Positions 38,720-48,034 of a stretch of 64,000 bases of DNA are shown piece by piece. Position 1 is the first letter of the stretch. The number at the start of each line of letters is the position of its first letter. Source of the stretch: Halorussus marinus. Lineage in GTDB: Archaea > Halobacteriota > Halobacteria > Halobacteriales > Haladaptataceae. The notes beneath the pieces are model-generated. The model did no database searches, was not told the origin of the DNA, and saw only the letters and a list, made by a program, of their open reading frames with translations. The position numbers were made by a program, and so were the translations under genes. The stretch covers positions 310,001 to 374,000 of the forward strand of contig NZ_SBIV01000001.1 in NCBI RefSeq assembly GCF_004765795.1, given 5' to 3'.

Positions 38720-39909
38720 ATCCCCTTGCTCATCAGGTGGCTCCGGAGCACGTCGTCGTCCTTGTTGCCGGCGCCGGTGTTGAGCAACACCACGGTGTCG
38801 TCGTCGTCGAACTCCCCGCGGCGCGCCAGCTCCCACGCCCCGCTGGCGGCGGCCGCGCAGGTCGCGCCCATCTCGAGGCCCTCCTGCTGGGCGACCGCGA
38901 TCGCGCTGTCGAGGATCTCCTCGTCGCTGGTCGCGACCGCGCCGCCGTCGCTCTCCCGGAGCGCGTCGAGTATCATGGGGCTCGCGCCGGGGTCGGGGAT
39001 CTCGATGCCCCCACAGATGGTGTCGGGGACCTCCCAGACCTCGTGGACGTCTTTGCCCTCCTCGAACGCCTCGACCACGGGCGCACACCCCGACGACTGG
39101 GCGGCGTACATCGCCGGGAGCTCGTCGGTCAGCCCGAGTTCGCGAAGCTCCGTCGCGGCCTTGTGCATCCCGACGAGCCCGACCCCGCCGCCGGTCGGGT
39201 AGACCACCGCGTCGGGCACCTCCCAGTCGTTCTGTTCGACGACCTCGTACAGCATCGTCTTCTTGCCCTCGTGGCGGTACGGCGTCACGAACGTCTTGAC
39301 CGAGTACCAGTCGTCGCGGTCGGCCATCGCGTCGGCGTAGGCCTCGCCGGCGTCACCGATGCGGCCCTCGACCACGTTGAGGTCGCCGCCGTGGACGTTG
39401 ACCATCGCCTTGTTGGTGAACCCCGCCCGCGAGGGGAGAAAGACGTGCGAATCGAGGTCGGCGCGGGCGGCGTACGCCGCGGCGGCTTGGCCCGCGTTGC
39501 CCGCGGAGTTGAGCGCCACGTCGGTCGCGCCGTGCTGGACCGCCGCGGTGATCGCGGCCGCCTGCCCGCGGTCCTTGAACGTCCCCGTGGGGTTTCGCCC
39601 CTCGTCTTTGAGCAGGACTCGCCCGACTCCGAGTTCGTCGGCGAGGCTCGGACACTCGACGAGCTGGGTCGCGCCCTCGTCCATCGAGACGGCCGCAGAC
39701 CGGGCGAACGGGAGCAACTCCTCGTAGCGCCACATCGACTCGAACGGCCGGGAGTCGAGCTCCTCGCGGGTCAGCTCGATCGCCTCGTAGTCGTACTCGG
39801 GGTCGAGGATGCCGTCGCAGTCCGGACATCGGTGGGTCGCGGTCCCGGCGTCGAACGTCTCGCCGCAGTCGACGCACGTCAGTCCGACGAACGCCTCTGT
39901 TGTCTCCAT
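38716..39909 (-). CDS. thrC: Threonine synthase (Zn-ribbon type)
   Basis: CVDC...CPDC, KDEGRNPTGTFKDRG, SAGNAG, PTGGG. Confidence 0.88.
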   Translation of the reverse strand: METTEAFVGLTCVDCGETFDAGTATHRCPDCDGILDPEYDYEAIELTREELDSRPFESMWRYEELLPFARSAAVSMDEGATQLVECPSLADELGVGRVLLKDEGRNPTGTFKDRGQAAAITAAVQHGATDVALNSAGNAGQAAAAYAARADLDSHVFLPSRAGFTNKAMVNVHGGDLNVVEGRIGDAGEAYADAMADRDDWYSVKTFVTPYRHEGKKTMLYEVVEQNDWEVPDAVVYPTGGGVGLVGMHKAATELRELGLTDELPAMYAAQSSGCAPVVEAFEEGKDVHEVWEVPDTICGGIEIPDPGASPMILDALRESDGGAVATSDEEILDSAIAVAQQEGLEMGATCAAAASGAWELARRGEFDDDDTVVLLNTGAGNKDDDVLRSHLMSKGI

Positions 39910-40032
39910 GCGCGGGAGGTTCGGAGTCGAGCGACTAATCGCTACCCCTTCGGGACCGACCCGGGCGCGGTCGCCGATCCCGGGAGCGCCGACTTTTATC
40001 AGCCCGATAACCATAGTGGGACACGATCGACG

Positions 40033-40800
40033 ATGGCCGCGATCCAGACGACAGCGCTCACGAAACGCTACGGGGAGACCCTCGCGGTCGACGAACTCGA
40101 CCTCTCGATCCCCGCGGGCACCGTCTACGGCTTCCTCGGTCCCAACGGAGCCGGCAAGACCACCACCATGCGGATGCTCACCGGGCTCGCGCGCCCGACC
40201 AGCGGCTCGGGCGCCGTCGCGGGCGTCGACGTCACCGACCGCGACGGCCTCCGTCCCCACATCGGGTACCTGCCCGAAGAGCCCCCGCTGTACGAGCAGG
40301 CGACCGGCTACGAGCAACTCGAATACGTCGCGGGCCTGCGCGGCATGGCCGACGACGCGACCCGCGACCGGATCGACCGGCTCCTCGGGGAGCTCGATCT
40401 CGCCGACGACGCCGCGACCCGGATCGCCGACTACTCGAAGGGGATGCGCCAGAAGGTCGCCTACGTGCAGGCGGTGCTCCACGACCCCGACGTGGTCTTT
40501 CTCGACGAGCCCACCTCCGGGCTCGATCCGCGGGCCGCCCGCACCATTCGGGAGATGATCCGCGGGCTCGCCGACTCGGGGACGACGGTCTTTCTCTCGA
40601 CCCACATCCTGCCGGTCGTCGAGGCGGTCGCCGACGAGGTCGGTATCCTCTACGACGGCCGACTCGTCGCCGAGGACGCCCCCGACGCGCTCGCGCGTCG
40701 GGCCGAGGCCGGCGCGACAGGCACGCTCGAAGACGCGTTCCTCGACCTGACGGCGACCGACCCCGCCGCCGACGCGAGCGCGGAGGCGACGGATGGCTGA
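40033..40800 (+). CDS. ABC exporter ATP-binding protein
   Basis: GPNGAGKTT, YSKGMRQK, LDEPTSGLDP. Confidence 0.93.
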   Translation: MAAIQTTALTKRYGETLAVDELDLSIPAGTVYGFLGPNGAGKTTTMRMLTGLARPTSGSGAVAGVDVTDRDGLRPHIGYLPEEPPLYEQATGYEQLEYVAGLRGMADDATRDRIDRLLGELDLADDAATRIADYSKGMRQKVAYVQAVLHDPDVVFLDEPTSGLDPRAARTIREMIRGLADSGTTVFLSTHILPVVEAVADEVGILYDGRLVAEDAPDALARRAEAGATGTLEDAFLDLTATDPAADASAEATDG

Positions 40801-42544
40801 GCCGGGGTGGCCGCGCCACGCCCTCGACGTGGGTCTGTTCGAGTTCCGACGCTCGGTCCGGGCGATCTGGGCGGACAAGGCCCGGTTCGCGCTCATGTCG
40901 CTCGGCGTGGTGATCCCGTCGGCGTCGCTCGGCGCCTTCGTCGTGGTGTTCGCCGACGCGATTCGCGGGGTCGACGCGCTCGCGCTCCCCGCACAGCTCC
41001 GGGGCACCGTCGCGCTGTTCTGGCTGTTCGGGGTCTTCGTGGTCGGCCAGCGTGTGGCGTCGGCCCGCACCCGGGTCGACGCCGAGCCCCTGATGCTGAC
41101 GACCGTCTCGGCACGCACGATCGCGGCCGGACTCGCGATCGCCGAGACCCTCCGGATCTTCGCCTACCTCGGGCTACCGGTCCTCGTGGCTACCGGGGCG
41201 GCGGTCTACCTGTTCGAGTCGGTCGCCAGCCTGGTGGCGGTGCCGGCGGCGGCGCTCTTGTTCACCGCGACCGCGGTCGTCGTCGGGTCGACCGCCGGCT
41301 ACGCGGTCGCGCTGTTGGTCGCGACCTCGCGGTTCGTCGCCCGTCACAAGACGGTGCTGGGATCGGCGGCCTCGCTGGGTGCGATGGGGCTGTACTTCCT
41401 GTTTCTCTACCCGGAGCTCGGCGGCGTCAGTCAGGCGTGGCTCGCGTGGCTCCCGGTTGGGTGGTTCGTCGACCTCGCGGCGGTCGGGACGCCGCTCGTC
41501 GGCTCCCAGACCCGGACGCTCGTCGTCTTACCGGCGAGCCTCGCGATCCTCGCCGCGGGCGGCGTCGCGGTCGAGCGGACCGCGGTCTCGCTCTGGTTCA
41601 CCGATCCCGTGAGCGTCGAAGAGTCCGAGGGTCCCGCCCCCGAGACGTCGGGCGCGAGCCGACCCGACGCGCTCGCGGCGGCCGTCGCGCCGCTCGCGAT
41701 CCCGCGGGCGGTCTCGGTCCCGGTCCGGCGGGTCGGCGAGTGGGCGCTCCTCCGGACCCGCCGGGACCCAAACCGGCTGACCTTCCTGTTTCTCCCCGTG
41801 CTGGCGGTCGGGAGCGCGATCATCAGCTCGGGGCTCCAGTCGGGCGCGATCGGCGCGCTTCTCGCCCCGATCGCCGCGGTCGTGGTGCCGTGGCTCGCGG
41901 GCGCGCTGTTCGCGATGAACCCGTTCGGCGACGAGGGCGCGGTGTTGCCGGTGACGCTCACGGCGGTCTCGGGCCGCCAGTTCGTCCGCGGGCTGATGGT
42001 GCCGGGGGCGGTCTACGGCCTGCCGATCGCGGTCGTCGCGACCGGCGCGGCGACCCTCGCCTCCCCGTACGGGCTCGCCGAGCGGGCCGGGCTGGTCGCG
42101 CTGGCCGCGTACGCGACGTGCGTCTCGGTCGCGGTCGCGCCCGCGATCGGGATGGCCCTGCCCCGGTTCAGCGCGATCAGCGTCGGCCAGAGTCGCGACG
42201 TGCTTCCGCCCCGGATGACCGCGGTGATCGCCCACATCGCGGTGACCGCACTCCCCGCGGGCTGGCTCGCGGCTCTCGTGGTCGCCCCGCGGATCGCACG
42301 GGCGGCGCTCGCGGTCGTCTTCGGCTTTCTGCCGGCGGTGGTGCTCGGACTCGCCAGCCGATCGAGCGACGGCGCGCTGGCGGCGGCCGGCGAGCAGTTC
42401 CGCGAGGTCGCGGCCCAGATTCAGGCGATCGGTCTCGATCAGTTGTGGCTGGTCGGCGCCGCGGTGGCGGTCGCCGGCGCGGTCGTCGCCGCCCTGCTGT
42501 ACGCGAACGCGGTCCGCCGGTTCGACGGCTACGCGCCGCCGTGA
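40793..42544 (+). CDS. ABC exporter permease
   Basis: Many TM segments, NPFGDEG motif; overlaps the ATPase gene. Confidence 0.82.
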   Translation: MAEPGWPRHALDVGLFEFRRSVRAIWADKARFALMSLGVVIPSASLGAFVVVFADAIRGVDALALPAQLRGTVALFWLFGVFVVGQRVASARTRVDAEPLMLTTVSARTIAAGLAIAETLRIFAYLGLPVLVATGAAVYLFESVASLVAVPAAALLFTATAVVVGSTAGYAVALLVATSRFVARHKTVLGSAASLGAMGLYFLFLYPELGGVSQAWLAWLPVGWFVDLAAVGTPLVGSQTRTLVVLPASLAILAAGGVAVERTAVSLWFTDPVSVEESEGPAPETSGASRPDALAAAVAPLAIPRAVSVPVRRVGEWALLRTRRDPNRLTFLFLPVLAVGSAIISSGLQSGAIGALLAPIAAVVVPWLAGALFAMNPFGDEGAVLPVTLTAVSGRQFVRGLMVPGAVYGLPIAVVATGAATLASPYGLAERAGLVALAAYATCVSVAVAPAIGMALPRFSAISVGQSRDVLPPRMTAVIAHIAVTALPAGWLAALVVAPRIARAALAVVFGFLPAVVLGLASRSSDGALAAAGEQFREVAAQIQAIGLDQLWLVGAAVAVAGAVVAALLYANAVRRFDGYAPP

Positions 42545-42550
42545 GCCGGG

Positions 42551-43330
42551 CTACTCCCAGTCGGGCTCCCGGTCGTCGAGGAACGCCGCCATCCCCTCGC
42601 GCTGGTCGTGGGTGCCGAACAGGCCGCTCCACGCCCGTCGCTCGTAGCGCAGGCCGGCCTCCTGACCGGTCTCGTGGGCCTGATTGAGCAGTTCCTTGGC
42701 CGTCCGGAGCGCGTAGGCGGGCTTGGCCGCGAGGTCGGCCGCGAGGTCGGCGACGTGGTCGTCGAGCTGATCGGACGCGACGACCTCGCCGACCAGCCCG
42801 TGCTCGTGGGCGTCCTGGGCGTCGATGCGCTCGCCGAAGAAGATCAGCCGACGCGCGATCTCGTCGCCGACCAGCCGGGGGAGCCGCTGACTGCCGCCCC
42901 ACCCGGGGACGATCCCGAGGTCGATCTCGGTCTGGCCGACCACGGCGTCCTCGCTGGCGACCCGGAGGTCGGCCGCGAGCGCGAGCTCGCACCCGCCGCC
43001 GAAGGCGTAGCCGTTGATCGCCGCGATCACCGGCGCGGGGAACCGCTCGATCTTGTCGGCGACGCGGTGGCCCAGTTCGGCGTAGGCCTGCGCCTCGGGC
43101 GTCGAGAGTTCGCGCATGTAGCCGATGTCCGCGCCGGCGACGAACGCGTCGTCGCCCGCGCCGGTGAGCACGAGCGCCCGGGCGCCCTCCCGCTCGGCCT
43201 CCTCGAGCGCGTCCTCGATGGCTTCGAGGGTGTCGACGTTCAGCGCGTTCAGCCGGTCCGGTCGGTCGACGGTCAGGGTCGCGACGTCGTCGGAATCGAA
43301 CTCGAGGCGAATGGTCTCCCAGTCGGACAT
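42551..43330 (-). CDS. Enoyl-CoA hydratase/isomerase
   Basis: RPDRLNALN, AFVAGADI, GYAFGGGCELAL, PGWGGSQRL. Confidence 0.93.
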   Translation of the reverse strand: MSDWETIRLEFDSDDVATLTVDRPDRLNALNVDTLEAIEDALEEAEREGARALVLTGAGDDAFVAGADIGYMRELSTPEAQAYAELGHRVADKIERFPAPVIAAINGYAFGGGCELALAADLRVASEDAVVGQTEIDLGIVPGWGGSQRLPRLVGDEIARRLIFFGERIDAQDAHEHGLVGEVVASDQLDDHVADLAADLAAKPAYALRTAKELLNQAHETGQEAGLRYERRAWSGLFGTHDQREGMAAFLDDREPDWE

Positions 43331-43408
43331 ACCCGTCGGTACGGACGCTCGCCGAATAATCCTTCCCTTCCGGAAAGCGGAAATATCACCCCGCCGTAGC
43401 GCCGACCG

Positions 43409-43909
43409 ATGACTCTCTCGGAGGAGGCCCGCGAGCGGCTCGCCGATCTGGTGGAGCTACAGCCGACGAAGAACGCCGAGCTACAGGACCGCTGGGGTCT
43501 CGAAAGCGGGAGCGAGGTCCACGGCTACCTCGAAGACGAGCTCAAAGAGTACTACTACCGCGACGACAACAGCCTCATCCGGGCGACCGCCGAGGCCGCC
43601 GACCTCGTCGACGTCGAGCCCGGGGTCGAGAGCGACGAGGAAGGCGGGGTCCCCGACGTGATCCGAGTGCCTCGGCTCCAACAGCAGGTGTTCGAGGTCG
43701 TCGCGGGTCCCGACGAGGACTCAGAGAGCGTGGTGTCGGTGTTGAACAAGCTCCGGGAGGCGTTCGACGTCGACCCCGAGGCCGAAGACGTCCGGAGCGC
43801 GCTCCAGAGCCTCCGGCGAAAGGGGGTCGTGGAAGTCGTCTATCGGACCGTGCCGACGTTCCGGCTGGCGGTCGAGCGCGACGCGGTCGCCGTCGAGCGC
43901 TCGGATTAA
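43409..43909 (+). CDS. DUF5797-like conserved haloarchaeal protein
   Basis: LQPTKNAELQDRWG...SEVHGYLE; C-terminal wHTH-like LQSLRRKGVVEV. Confidence 0.78.
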   Translation: MTLSEEARERLADLVELQPTKNAELQDRWGLESGSEVHGYLEDELKEYYYRDDNSLIRATAEAADLVDVEPGVESDEEGGVPDVIRVPRLQQQVFEVVAGPDEDSESVVSVLNKLREAFDVDPEAEDVRSALQSLRRKGVVEVVYRTVPTFRLAVERDAVAVERSD

Positions 43910-44958
43910 TCCGGGCGCTCGCGCTCGCGTCGCCGTCCGAGTAGTCGCCGAACCCCCTTTCCCGGGCCGCCCTCGATCGGCCAGCCGCCGGTCCGCCACT
44001 GGGGCGGCTCCGGGGAGAACTCCGGACACGACCCCGAACAGGCCGCCCCGGTCTGGTGACAGTCGTTCGCCCCGCAGTAGGGCAACAGCGCCCGGCCGTC
44101 GCGTCTGAGCTCGAAGTGCCGACAGTCCGGGCGCATCGTGTCGGCGAACGACCGCCACCCCGTCTCGTAGGCGCGCTCGGCGATTTCCAGCCGCTTGTCG
44201 GCCTTCCACTCGGGGTCGGCGTACTCGAAGGTCGCCGCCGAGGCGTCGTACTCGCCGCCCTCGGGACGGTCGAGGATCCGGGTGCCGGGCGCGTCGGCGT
44301 CCAGCGACCGGGGAAACCACTCGACGCTCGCCCGCGTCTGCGCGTCGCCCTCGGCGTCGACGGTCAGGATGCCCGCCTCGACCGGGACGCCCTCCAAGAG
44401 CGCGGGCTCGACGCGCTCGCCGGTCGCGCGGGTCGCCACCCACACCTCGTCGGCGAGCGACAGCGCCACGTCGTACTCAAGTTGAGAGCCCAGAGCGCGG
44501 GCCGCGCTCGCGTCGAGGTCGGGCTTGTTCTCGATCGCGACGATCCGGTCGACCCAGTCGGGGTAGGCCCACTTCCGGCGAATCTGGAGCCGGTTTCCCG
44601 ACTTGCGGGTGTCCAGAATCCCGCGGTCGGCAGCGCGGTGGATCGCCTCCCGGACGTAGCGCCACGGGTAGCCGGGGTCGGCCAGCGCCTCGCGGTACCA
44701 CGCCCACTCGGCCGGGGCGTCCCGGAGGACCGCGAGCAGGTCCGAGTCGAGGCGCTCGGGGCCGAAGTTCCGGCGCCGGGCGAGCCCCTCGGGATCGACC
44801 TCGACGACGATGGTGTCCCACCGGCGGCGTCTGGTCCCGAGCTGGCGGGCGACGAGCGCGGGACGCGCCGTCGACTCGCCCGGGGGCCACTCGCGTTCGG
44901 CCCACCGGCAGGTCCGCAACTCGAAGACGAACTCGGGGTCGGCGTCCGCGTCGGTCAC
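43906..44958 (-). CDS. DUF5787-like protein (putative nuclease fold, Cys-rich tail)
   Basis: RQLG...WDT...AIENKPDL...QL..D...DEVWV; five-Cys C-terminus. Confidence 0.75.
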   Translation of the reverse strand: MTDADADPEFVFELRTCRWAEREWPPGESTARPALVARQLGTRRRRWDTIVVEVDPEGLARRRNFGPERLDSDLLAVLRDAPAEWAWYREALADPGYPWRYVREAIHRAADRGILDTRKSGNRLQIRRKWAYPDWVDRIVAIENKPDLDASAARALGSQLEYDVALSLADEVWVATRATGERVEPALLEGVPVEAGILTVDAEGDAQTRASVEWFPRSLDADAPGTRILDRPEGGEYDASAATFEYADPEWKADKRLEIAERAYETGWRSFADTMRPDCRHFELRRDGRALLPYCGANDCHQTGAACSGSCPEFSPEPPQWRTGGWPIEGGPGKGVRRLLGRRRERERPD

Positions 44959-45073
44959 GGTGGCGGTTGGCGTCGGGGCGGCCTAAGTGGTTCGGAACCC
45001 GGGGACGCTCCGGGCGCGAGTTCCGAGCGCGGCTGACGCTTCGAGGGCGTCGGCCCTTCGGGGCGACGACGAC

Positions 45074-45511
45074 TCAGATGTCGCCGTTCTCCTCCTTCTC
45101 GTTGAGGAACTCGTGGGCGTCTTCGAGGATCTCGCGGGGGCCGTCCTGCGTGATCGTGTTGATCGCCTGATCGTAGTCGCGCCACTGGTGGTCCCGATGC
45201 TCGTGGGAGAGCTCGGCGCTCGCCTCGTAGGACTTGGCGACGAACAGGTGGACCGTCTTGTGGATGGTGTCGCCGTTGGCCTCGAAGACGTAGTCGTAGT
45301 CGTCGCGAAAGCCGTCGAGCAGTCGGAAATCCTGGATGCCAGACTCCTCTTTGACTTCCCTGATCGCGGTCTGCTGTAGCTCTTCGTCTCCCTCGACGCC
45401 GCCCTTGGGGAACTCCCAGTCTCCCGGTCGGCTCTTCAGGAGAAGGTATTCGCGTCGACCGCGGGTGTCCCGGTAGAGGATCGCACCCGCGCTCGTGGCT
45501 TGAACCGTCAT
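45074..45511 (-). CDS. Bis(5'-nucleosyl)-tetraphosphatase (Nudix)
   Basis: SAGAI, WEFPKGGVEGDEELQQTAIREVKEESG Nudix box, LSHEH. Confidence 0.9.
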   Translation of the reverse strand: MTVQATSAGAILYRDTRGRREYLLLKSRPGDWEFPKGGVEGDEELQQTAIREVKEESGIQDFRLLDGFRDDYDYVFEANGDTIHKTVHLFVAKSYEASAELSHEHRDHQWRDYDQAINTITQDGPREILEDAHEFLNEKEENGDI

Positions 45512-45640
45512 TTGATGGGTTCTATACGGCGGTGCGTTAAGAGAATGTCGGAGACCCGCGCAGTCGAAGAGGTCCGCGAACCGAGAGCAGTCGATTTACG
45601 TACCTCGACGCTGAAGGGGACGGACACCCAGCACCCAGCC

Positions 45641-45967
45641 ATGACCTTCGTAACCAGAATCCGACTCCAGAGCGGGAATCGCCCCGCGCTGGAGCACGTC
45701 GTCGACGAGATTCGCACGAAAGCAGAACGAAAGGGCGCCGAGCTCCGCGGCCCCCACTCGGCCCCGCCGACCGACCTCACGGTCCCCCTGTACAAGACGA
45801 CCGACGGCGACCAGTCTCGCCACTTCGGCTCGTGGGACTACACCGTCTACACTCGCCAGCTCGAGATCGTGGGTCACAACGACCTCGCACGGCGGGTGGC
45901 CGAGTTCGACTTCCCCGAGGGCGTCCACGTCGAGGTCGAACTCGAACAGATCGAGCAGATGGCCTGA
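45641..45967 (+). CDS. uS10-family ribosomal protein paralog
   Basis: RIRLQSG...AERKGAELRGP...W.Y.VYTR...PEGVHVEVEL; located outside the tuf locus. Confidence 0.8.
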   Translation: MTFVTRIRLQSGNRPALEHVVDEIRTKAERKGAELRGPHSAPPTDLTVPLYKTTDGDQSRHFGSWDYTVYTRQLEIVGHNDLARRVAEFDFPEGVHVEVELEQIEQMA

Positions 45968-46035
45968 GCCGGCCCCGTCCCCGGCTCCGGCTCCGAAGCG
46001 ACTCTCTTATTGTCTCTCGGCCGACCGTACCCCAC

Positions 46036-47172
46036 ATGCAGAACGTCTCCGCCGCGGGGCTGGGCATCGGCGACGACCACCCGCCCCGGATCATGGGCGT
46101 GTTGAACGTCAGCGCCGAGTCGCCGTACGACCCGAGCGTCTACGACGACCCCGGCGAGGCCGCGGCGTACGTCGACACCGAGCTCATCGACGAGGGCGCA
46201 GACATCGTCGACGTGGGGCTCGAATCGGCGAACAAGCGCTTCGAGGTCCTCTCGGCCGACCAGGAGCTCGACCGGCTCGACACCGCGATCGAGACCATCG
46301 AGAGCGTCTCTGGCGACGCGGTGTTTTCGATCGAGACGCGCTACGCCGAGGTCGCCGACGAGGCCCTCTCGCGGGGCTTCGACATGGTCAACGACATCTG
46401 TGGCTTCGCCGACCCCGAGATGCCCGCTGTCTGTCGCGAGCGCGACGCCGCGGTGGTGAAGATGGCGAGCCCGCCCGATCTGGAGCGGCCCGGGGCGGTC
46501 GAGAAGCCCGACGACATCTACGACGCCCTCGAACGGGGCGGGCTGACCGACAAGACCGTCGTCGACCCGGCGTTCGGCGGCTGGTCGGAGGCCAAGACGC
46601 TCGAAGACGACCGCGAGACGTTCCGCCGGCTCCGGGAGTTTCGCGGGCTCGACCGACCGATCCTCGTCTCGATCAACCGCAAGAACTTCCTCCGGGAGCT
46701 CGCGGGTCGCACGACCGAGGCGGCGCTACCGGTCTCGCTGGCGGCGACCGCGATGGCGGTCGAGCGTGGCGCCCACGTCGTCCGGACCCACGACGTGGCC
46801 GAGACCGCCGACGCCGCGAAGATCGGGTCGGCGTTCGCCCGCGACCGCGTCCGGGACACCGGCGTCGGCGTCGAGGAACTCGACGTGACGACCGCGGGCG
46901 AGGCGTCTCGGCACCTCCACCGCGTCGGCGCCGACGAGTCGGTCGCCGAGCGCGTCCCGGTCCGCGTCTTCGAACTGACCGGGCTCGCCGACGCCGACCG
47001 GGACGCGCTCGCGGCGGCCGCGGCCGACGCGGGCGTCGCGTTCGCCCCCGGCGACGCCGGCTGTATTCTGGCGGGGTCGCCGGCCGATCTCGACCGGCTT
47101 CGAACCCTCTCTACGGGCGGCTCGGACCGTCTCGACGCCGTCTTCGATGCTGTCAGCGAGCCCGAACGGTAA
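46036..47172 (+). CDS. folP: Dihydropteroate synthase
   Basis: IMGVLNVS, GADIVDVG, VNDICG, VDPAFG, SINRK, RTHDV. Confidence 0.9.
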   Translation: MQNVSAAGLGIGDDHPPRIMGVLNVSAESPYDPSVYDDPGEAAAYVDTELIDEGADIVDVGLESANKRFEVLSADQELDRLDTAIETIESVSGDAVFSIETRYAEVADEALSRGFDMVNDICGFADPEMPAVCRERDAAVVKMASPPDLERPGAVEKPDDIYDALERGGLTDKTVVDPAFGGWSEAKTLEDDRETFRRLREFRGLDRPILVSINRKNFLRELAGRTTEAALPVSLAATAMAVERGAHVVRTHDVAETADAAKIGSAFARDRVRDTGVGVEELDVTTAGEASRHLHRVGADESVAERVPVRVFELTGLADADRDALAAAAADAGVAFAPGDAGCILAGSPADLDRLRTLSTGGSDRLDAVFDAVSEPER

Positions 47173-47208
47173 GAGAAAACTTATGCCGGGCGAAAAACAA
47201 CCCCCGGT

Positions 47209-47277
47209 GGGAAGCCGGAAGGGCGTCCGCGGGTAGGGGTACTTGCAGACGAACTTCCGGCTCAGACGGTTCTGACA
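47209..47277 (+). ncRNA. Candidate structured RNA (long hairpin) downstream of its own promoter
   Basis: AGCCGGAAG/CTTCCGGCT, CGTC/GACG and GCGGGTA/TACTTGC stems; GAAAACTTATG promoter at 47174-47184. Confidence 0.55.
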
Positions 47278-47964
47278 ATGCACTACGACACCTGGAGCCC
47301 CGTCTATCGGGAGTTACTCGACGACTTGGGCTACGACCGGGCGGGCGACGAGCGGGCCCGCGATCGGCTCGCGGAGTTGACCGAGCCGTTCGACTGCGAA
47401 CTGCTCGACGTCGACGGCGACCGAGTCGCCGTAGCTGGGGCGGGCCCCTCGCTGTCCGACGAACTCGACCGGGCCCGCGAGGCCGACGCGGTGGTCGCCG
47501 CCTCCTCGGCCGCCGACGTCCTCCGGGCGGCCGGCGTCGGGGTCGACTGCGTGGTCACCGACCTCGACAAGACCCCCGAAACCGCCCGCGAGCTCGCCGC
47601 CGAAGGCGTCCCCGTGGCGGTTCACGCCCACGGCGACAACGTCTCGGCGGTCGAGACGTGGGTCCCGCGGTTCGACGCCGAGGCCGTGCTGGCGACGACG
47701 CAGGCCGAGCCGGTCGGCCACGTCCGGAACTTCGGGGGTTTCACCGACGGCGACCGGGCGGCGTTCCTCGCTGACCACCTCGGGGCGGCCGAGCTCGCGT
47801 TCGTCGGCTGGGACTTCGACGATCCGTCGGTGAGCGCCGAGAAAGCCGAAAAGCTCGGGTGGGCCGCCCGCCTGCTCCGCTGGCTGGAGCGCCGACGCGG
47901 CGAGTCGTTCGCGGTGCTCGACGGCCGGCGCGCCGAGCTGGACGTGAGCGATTTCCCGGCGTAG
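47278..47964 (+). CDS. mptE: 6-hydroxymethyl-7,8-dihydropterin pyrophosphokinase MptE-like
   Basis: GAGPSL, VVTDLD, HAHGDN, TTQ, NFGGFTDGDRA. Confidence 0.88.
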   Translation: MHYDTWSPVYRELLDDLGYDRAGDERARDRLAELTEPFDCELLDVDGDRVAVAGAGPSLSDELDRAREADAVVAASSAADVLRAAGVGVDCVVTDLDKTPETARELAAEGVPVAVHAHGDNVSAVETWVPRFDAEAVLATTQAEPVGHVRNFGGFTDGDRAAFLADHLGAAELAFVGWDFDDPSVSAEKAEKLGWAARLLRWLERRRGESFAVLDGRRAELDVSDFPA

Positions 47965-48034
47965 CTGGCCGAGAAAAGTCGTGAGACGGTCGCTGGTCGA
48001 ATCGAGCGCGAGCGATCGTTCGTCCGCCGCGGTC

